The notes under the pieces: model-generated
What the model saw: only the letters and a program-made list of their open reading frames with translations
What the model was told of the DNA's origin: nothing
Databases searched by the model: none
Translations under genes and position numbers: made by a program
Virus record (IMG/VR): IMGVR_UViG_3300028274_000006
Span: 10,773-74,772 of that record
From: a virus
Length of the DNA: 64,000 nucleotides
Direction: 5' to 3' (one strand)
In this document: positions 59,666 through 64,000 of the stretch, piece after piece
How the letters are laid out: each line of letters begins with the position of its first letter
Numbering within the stretch: position 1 is the stretch's first letter

Positions 59666-60669
59666 TGCTACAACAATTCATAGATAAGTGGTCTGGTCAA
59701 AACGCTGATTGGGACAATTACTATGCTGGTCAGTGTGTTGATCTTTTCCGTTACTACTGTGATGAGGTGATGGAGATTAAACAACCAGCAGGAGTTTGGG
59801 GTGCAGCAAACTTCTGGACTAACTTTGAATCTGATACAATACTAAAAGAGAACTTTAATAAAATACCAAATGACTCAGACTTCACCCCGCAGGAAGGCGA
59901 TGTGATGATCTGGAACTTCAACGCAGGAGGTGGTTATGGACACATAGCTATCTGCACTGGCGAAAACACAGGGACACAGTACTTCAAGAGCTTTGACCAA
60001 AATTGGTCTAGAGTATCCTACTGTGAAATAGTCAACCATAGCTATAAGAACGTCTATGGGGTACTACGACCCAAGATATTAAGTACACAAGATGATATGC
60101 CAAATGAATTACTAGACAAGTATGGAGTCAAAGATACAGATGAACTTGACTATAAAATAAACGAACACGTTGGAACTGATTGGGGTGGTGGGCGTAACTC
60201 TGGATATTTAGGAGCTGAACGTGAAAAAAACAAACGATTGGAAACAGAGAACCAAGGACTTAAAGAAGAGATTGATAGGCTTAAAGCAGAGAGTGCTGAA
60301 AACTATGCACAAGCTGAACTTCGTAAGAAAGAGATTCAGAAGTTTAAGGAAGAGCTGGCTAAAAAGTTGTTCCTACCTGCTGCAAGCGATCAAACAGACA
60401 TTATTAGCTCTATTGAGAGACTACTGACAGTAGAGGATCAACTTACCGAGGCTAACAAGACTATCTCCAAGAAAGAACAAGAGTTTGCCACTAAAGAGAA
60501 AGCATGGACCTCAGAGATTGAGGAACTGAAGTCTCATATAAAAACGCTAACTAATCGGCTTGAGAATTTAGAGCAAGAGATAGAGAGTGGAAAGACTGAA
60601 AAAGCCGAAAACGATTGGTTTAAGAGTGTCGTGGATAAGATATTAAGTATATTTAATAAGGAGAAGTAA
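59662..60669 (+). CDS. Endolysin: CHAP domain plus coiled coil
   Basis: GQCVDL, YGHIAI and DQNW motifs; C-terminal half homologous to 20929. Confidence 0.9.
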   Translation: MMLQQFIDKWSGQNADWDNYYAGQCVDLFRYYCDEVMEIKQPAGVWGAANFWTNFESDTILKENFNKIPNDSDFTPQEGDVMIWNFNAGGGYGHIAICTGENTGTQYFKSFDQNWSRVSYCEIVNHSYKNVYGVLRPKILSTQDDMPNELLDKYGVKDTDELDYKINEHVGTDWGGGRNSGYLGAEREKNKRLETENQGLKEEIDRLKAESAENYAQAELRKKEIQKFKEELAKKLFLPAASDQTDIISSIERLLTVEDQLTEANKTISKKEQEFATKEKAWTSEIEELKSHIKTLTNRLENLEQEIESGKTEKAENDWFKSVVDKILSIFNKEK

Positions 60670-60884
60670 TGGCAAAAAAGAAACTTCAACTATCAGATGT
60701 TGCTAAGAAACACCTGAAAATCATTGGCTACTTAGTAGCTTCTGGTGGACTAGGTATTCTAGTCGCTTACCTAACTGAGAAACCAGAACTAGCTGTAGTG
60801 TTTGCACCTGCTGTAAACTATGTCATCTACATTATTGAGAAAGAACTCAAGAATGAAGGTGTCAGAGCAGCGTTGAAGAAGTGA
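60669..60884 (+). CDS. Putative holin
   Basis: Two hydrophobic segments directly after the lysin. Confidence 0.5.
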   Translation: MAKKKLQLSDVAKKHLKIIGYLVASGGLGILVAYLTEKPELAVVFAPAVNYVIYIIEKELKNEGVRAALKK

Positions 60885-61138
60885 AAGAATATTGTCCCCC
60901 TTCGTGTGGGATGATTGACGACGACAGTCCAGTTTGTGAGGGTAAAAGTGGTAGAGATTCTTGCTGGCATAGTAAGGATGAGGTTTATAGTACCCCAATT
61001 CCAATAGAGATGATTTGGTACGGAAGCGTTTGGATTCAAGCCATGATTGTTGGCGAGAATGAAGATGATTACATTATAGAGAGTCCTAAAGCAGAAGGAG
61101 TAACTTACATTAAGAAGAATAGCCCTTTATTAAAATAG
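60881..61138 (+). CDS. Hypothetical Cys-containing protein
   Basis: GTG start coupled to the upstream stop. Confidence 0.45.
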   Translation: MKEYCPPSCGMIDDDSPVCEGKSGRDSCWHSKDEVYSTPIPIEMIWYGSVWIQAMIVGENEDDYIIESPKAEGVTYIKKNSPLLK

Positions 61139-61407
61139 TAGAAAGATAGGGTGAGTGATAAGACTGAGAGTGAACCAGATATAGAGGTTTACTGTCACGA
61201 TTGTGAGACAGTCTTGTATTCGGCTGTCGCTAATTGGATCACTAACGCAGTAGCCAACGATAGAGCAGTAGACCACGCAGAAGCAATGCAACACGCTGTA
61301 ATAATCTATGAGAAAGGCTACCCCTTATGAAAGAAGTAGCCATCACCAACCCAACCACTTAAAACGCAAGAAAAGTGAAGATGAATAGATTGATATAGTA
61401 CGCACTA

Positions 61408-61545
61408 TTGACACGATAATTATTTAGGTGCTATTGTTAATTTGATAGTAAGAAACTATCGGAGTAAACAACGTTAGCATTGAATACCTCTTTGGGGTGT
61501 TGTTGTAGCTAACGACACGACACCACTCCAGAGAGGTTTTTTATT
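61408..61545 (+). promoter_or_regulatory. Promoter and structured leader/terminator
   Basis: TTGACA-N18-TATTGT; hairpin 61486-61537 plus T-run; cgttagc/gctaacg. Confidence 0.65.
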
Positions 61546-61556
61546 AGCACATTAAC

Positions 61557-61692
61557 AGCTTGTTAATTATAAAGAGAGGTGGCGGAATAGGAACGCACCG
61601 CAGAAATGTGGGTTCAGTCGTTAGAAATCTGTTGTAAGGTGTGCATTTATGCCCGAGGTAAATCCTTGCCCTCTCTTTATAGCTAATAAGCT
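61557..61692 (+). ncRNA. boxA-preceded long-stem tRNA-like element (copy B)
   Basis: ~23-bp stem; TGGCGGAATAGGAACGC D-arm; gtaagg...GTAAAT-ccttgc T-arm with insert. Confidence 0.65.
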
Positions 61693-61948
61693 ATGGACCC
61701 AAACAAGGGATATAGCTTCCCACTAAACAGGTCACAAAAAAACGAATTAGTTGTAAGATGCTATCCGAAAGCGAAGGGTGACGGAATTACCCTTACATAA
61801 CGTTATGACATAAATACAGACCCGATGACTTGTCGTGGGGTAAGGGTGGCGTCTCAAAAACATACCTTTAACCAAACAAGTCAGCCGAGAAGCTCAGGGT
61901 TCTGGAATTCACCCTAAACTAATAACTAAATAGTAAATAAAACGTGTA

Positions 61949-61978
61949 TTGACACATTGTAAACAGTATGGGTATACT
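61949..61978 (+). promoter_or_regulatory. Promoter with GTAAACA motif
   Basis: TTGACA-N18-TATACT. Confidence 0.75.
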
Positions 61979-61995
61979 TAGATAAAGGAGAGAAT

Positions 61996-62259
61996 ATGTT
62001 TACCTATCACGCTAAAACAACTTACAACGGGTGGAAGATTGGTGAGGAGAACTACAATCTATATATAGGAGTGCCTAAGAAGTATCTGTTTGGTAAAAAC
62101 GGAATCCCTCGCACTATAGAGATAGAACACAATGGTAGGATAGAGAGGGTAGGTATAGAGGAAAGCGTAAAGGAAGAAGAACAAATCCAACAACTAAACA
62201 CTCAAGCTAAACACATATTAGTTTACTTCTTATGGGAGGAGAGAGATGAAAATATTTAG
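61996..62259 (+). CDS. Conserved hypothetical protein
   Basis: Paralog of 25376. Confidence 0.75.
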   Translation: MFTYHAKTTYNGWKIGEENYNLYIGVPKKYLFGKNGIPRTIEIEHNGRIERVGIEESVKEEEQIQQLNTQAKHILVYFLWEERDENI

Positions 62260-62578
62260 ACCGTGGGTTCCAGTAAGAAGACTCGCCACCTCAGGTAATA
62301 AGCTACAGAGAGAGTGGTTAAAGTATTTGTTTTTAAAAGGACTGATTGAAAATGATTGGGATATAAGAGAACAATCGTGTTCAATTTCTCATAATACCAA
62401 CATTGGTACAATGATTGAGTTTTTATCAGATCAGGAAGATTGTGGTCTCTACATAAGGAGTGTTTGTGGAGATGGTTGGTTGGTAAAACATGGAGAGATT
62501 ACTAAGTTTGATGAAGAGCTCCGCTATGCTCTTTGGGAAACTATATTGGAGGTACTAAATGAAAACAAACCTACTTAA
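62246..62578 (+). CDS. Hypothetical protein
   Basis: NIGTMIEFL...ELRYALWETILEVL segment; coupled to neighbours. Confidence 0.65.
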   Translation: MKIFRPWVPVRRLATSGNKLQREWLKYLFLKGLIENDWDIREQSCSISHNTNIGTMIEFLSDQEDCGLYIRSVCGDGWLVKHGEITKFDEELRYALWETILEVLNENKPT

Positions 62579-62749
62579 AGCTAAACTAAAAGAGATAGAG
62601 AAACAAGCTAAATCAGCTTCAGAGGGTAAGAAGCGACAACTCCGTATGCAGTATATGGTTATTAGGAATCAGATTAGAACTCTTGAGAACAAGCCTAAAA
62701 CCTTCTCAGATAATGTAGTAGACTCCCTATTTTAGTGCTATACTATTTA

Positions 62750-62850
62750 TACCCGCCAATGATGTTCTCTCCAGATACTTCAGGCGGGTTCTAAGAAAGC
62801 GATTCGTAAGAAGCGGCTTAAGTCGTGGGCAGGACGGGTCGCTTTCTTTG
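62750..62850 (+). ncRNA. Putative small RNA (copy B)
   Basis: TGCTATACT at 62736; homolog of 26117-26193. Confidence 0.7.
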
Positions 62851-62932
62851 TGTTAAAATGAATGTAATATCAGTTGTGACCAGCAATCCCCGTTTACCAC
62901 AACTGAGCGGGGATTTTTGGTAGAAAGACAGC

Positions 62933-63385
62933 ATGGCAAGAAAATTAATAAATGAAGTTGGCAATAAGTATGGATTACTTACTGTAATAAAAAGAAATAA
63001 TAAAAAGTGGGTTTGTGTTTGTGAGTGTGGAGAATTTGCTTTTTATGCAGGACATGACTTAAGGAGAGGAAAAAGAAAGTCTTGCGGATGTATTGGTTGT
63101 TTTAAAGTGAAACATGGTATGTCAAATACTCCAACCTATCACACCTGGGAGAACATGAAGCTCCGTTGCTATAATGATAATAGAGACAACTATAATAGAT
63201 ATGGTGGCAGAGGAATTAGTGTTTGTGGTCGTTGGAAAGATAGTTTTAAGAACTTCTACGAGGATATGGGAAAAAGACCAAACAATAAGACAATAGACAG
63301 AATTGACGTTAATAAGAACTACACTCCAGATAACTGCCGATGGTCTACTCCGAAAGAGCAAAGGGCAAATCAAAGACCCTATTGA
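62933..63385 (+). CDS. HNH-type homing endonuclease-like protein
   Basis: WVCVCECG, YGGRGISVC and TIDRIDVNKNYTPDNCRW motifs; absent from copy A. Confidence 0.85.
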   Translation: MARKLINEVGNKYGLLTVIKRNNKKWVCVCECGEFAFYAGHDLRRGKRKSCGCIGCFKVKHGMSNTPTYHTWENMKLRCYNDNRDNYNRYGGRGISVCGRWKDSFKNFYEDMGKRPNNKTIDRIDVNKNYTPDNCRWSTPKEQRANQRPY

Positions 63386-63410
63386 CAATGTGTAAACACC
63401 ATAGTATATT
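63382..63410 (+). promoter_or_regulatory. Early promoter with GTAAACA motif
   Basis: TTGACA-N17-TATATT, homologous to 26210. Confidence 0.75.
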
Positions 63411-63442
63411 TAGGTTAATATAAACATAAGAAGGAGAGACTT

Positions 63443-63595
63443 ATGAGCATACCACTAAGCGGAGACTGCTACGCAGACTTCAACCCCAAAGTAAAAACAG
63501 AACCTATTGTGAATGATGTTGAAGACCAGCAATGGGAAGATACGATGGAAGATGAGAGGTTTGAAGCACAACCATGGGAGGCTGAATCATGTTAA
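63443..63595 (+). CDS. Small acidic early protein
   Basis: Homolog of 26272. Confidence 0.7.
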   Translation: MSIPLSGDCYADFNPKVKTEPIVNDVEDQQWEDTMEDERFEAQPWEAESC

Positions 63596-63735
63596 AAACA
63601 CAGCTTGAAATTGCAATAGAAATATTAGACGAGGCACTAAAGAGTTCACACGATGAAACTCTGAGGGATAAAATAGCCGCCTCACTAATGTACTTGAGAG
63701 AATATAAATACTTTGTAGAACGAGGTGAAGATTAA
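63589..63735 (+). CDS. Small early protein
   Basis: Homolog of 26415. Confidence 0.75.
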   Translation: MLKTQLEIAIEILDEALKSSHDETLRDKIAASLMYLREYKYFVERGED

Positions 63736-63869
63736 TGTCTATATCAAGATGCCCATACTGCGGTACACAATATGACCAAGACTTTAATGTAGAACATGAG
63801 GAAGAATGCGAGATGGAAACTCAGGAAGAACACGAAGAAGTATGTGAAGGATGGTTATTAGATAAATAG
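63735..63869 (+). CDS. Small acidic C2HC-type protein
   Basis: Homolog of 26561. Confidence 0.75.
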   Translation: MSISRCPYCGTQYDQDFNVEHEEECEMETQEEHEEVCEGWLLDK

Positions 63870-63877
63870 GGGGAATT

Positions 63878-64000
63878 ATGAGAGATTTTACTAGAAAACA
63901 ACTCAAAGAAATGAGCAGAACAAAGCTAGTTGATATTGCATATAAAGCTATTCAAAAACAACGCCGCATGAATAGAGTTATGTTTTATGATGTTCCAAAA
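63878..64000 (+). CDS. Hypothetical early protein (truncated by window end)
   Basis: Identical to the 5' part of 26704. Confidence 0.75.
   Translation, partial: MRDFTRKQLKEMSRTKLVDIAYKAIQKQRRMNRVMFYDVPK

Larger units (their letters stand above)
26827..64000 (+). mobile_element. Phage genome unit copy B (one ~37.2 kb period including the central terminase/portal block; the boundary is arbitrary)
   Basis: Terminase-portal-scaffold-capsid-tail-lysis order; ends in sequence identical to 26701-26826. Confidence 0.8.

Overview
The whole window is phage-like DNA with no host genes. It holds two head-to-tail, syntenic but diverged copies of a podovirus-type genome unit. Copy A covers about 1-26.8 kb and copy B about 34.2-64 kb, with an offset of 34,284 bp at the scaffold gene and 37,174 bp at the right end. 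A single early/terminase/portal block lies between them (about 26.8-34.2 kb). Gene order in each copy is scaffold, N4-gp56-type major capsid, GroES-like co-chaperonin, glycosyltransferase/sugar cassette, fibre, adaptor, nozzle, needle, ejection proteins, accessory virion proteins, lysis, non-coding RNA region, small early genes. Core genes are conserved between the copies, while the glycan cassette, receptor-binding tips, lysin catalytic domain and holin differ. I recognise no integrase, repressor, helicase, primase or polymerase. Signals not in the ORF track: a conserved leaderless antisense 22-aa membrane peptide after the ejection genes; boxA-preceded long stems enclosing distorted tRNA-like cores; a conserved sRNA whose loop is complementary to phage ribosome-binding sites; a recurrent promoter/terminator pseudoknot architecture; and a shared operator-like motif in four early promoters. 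All calls come from reading motifs by eye; no database searches were run. The tandem arrangement could be biological or an assembly chimera.
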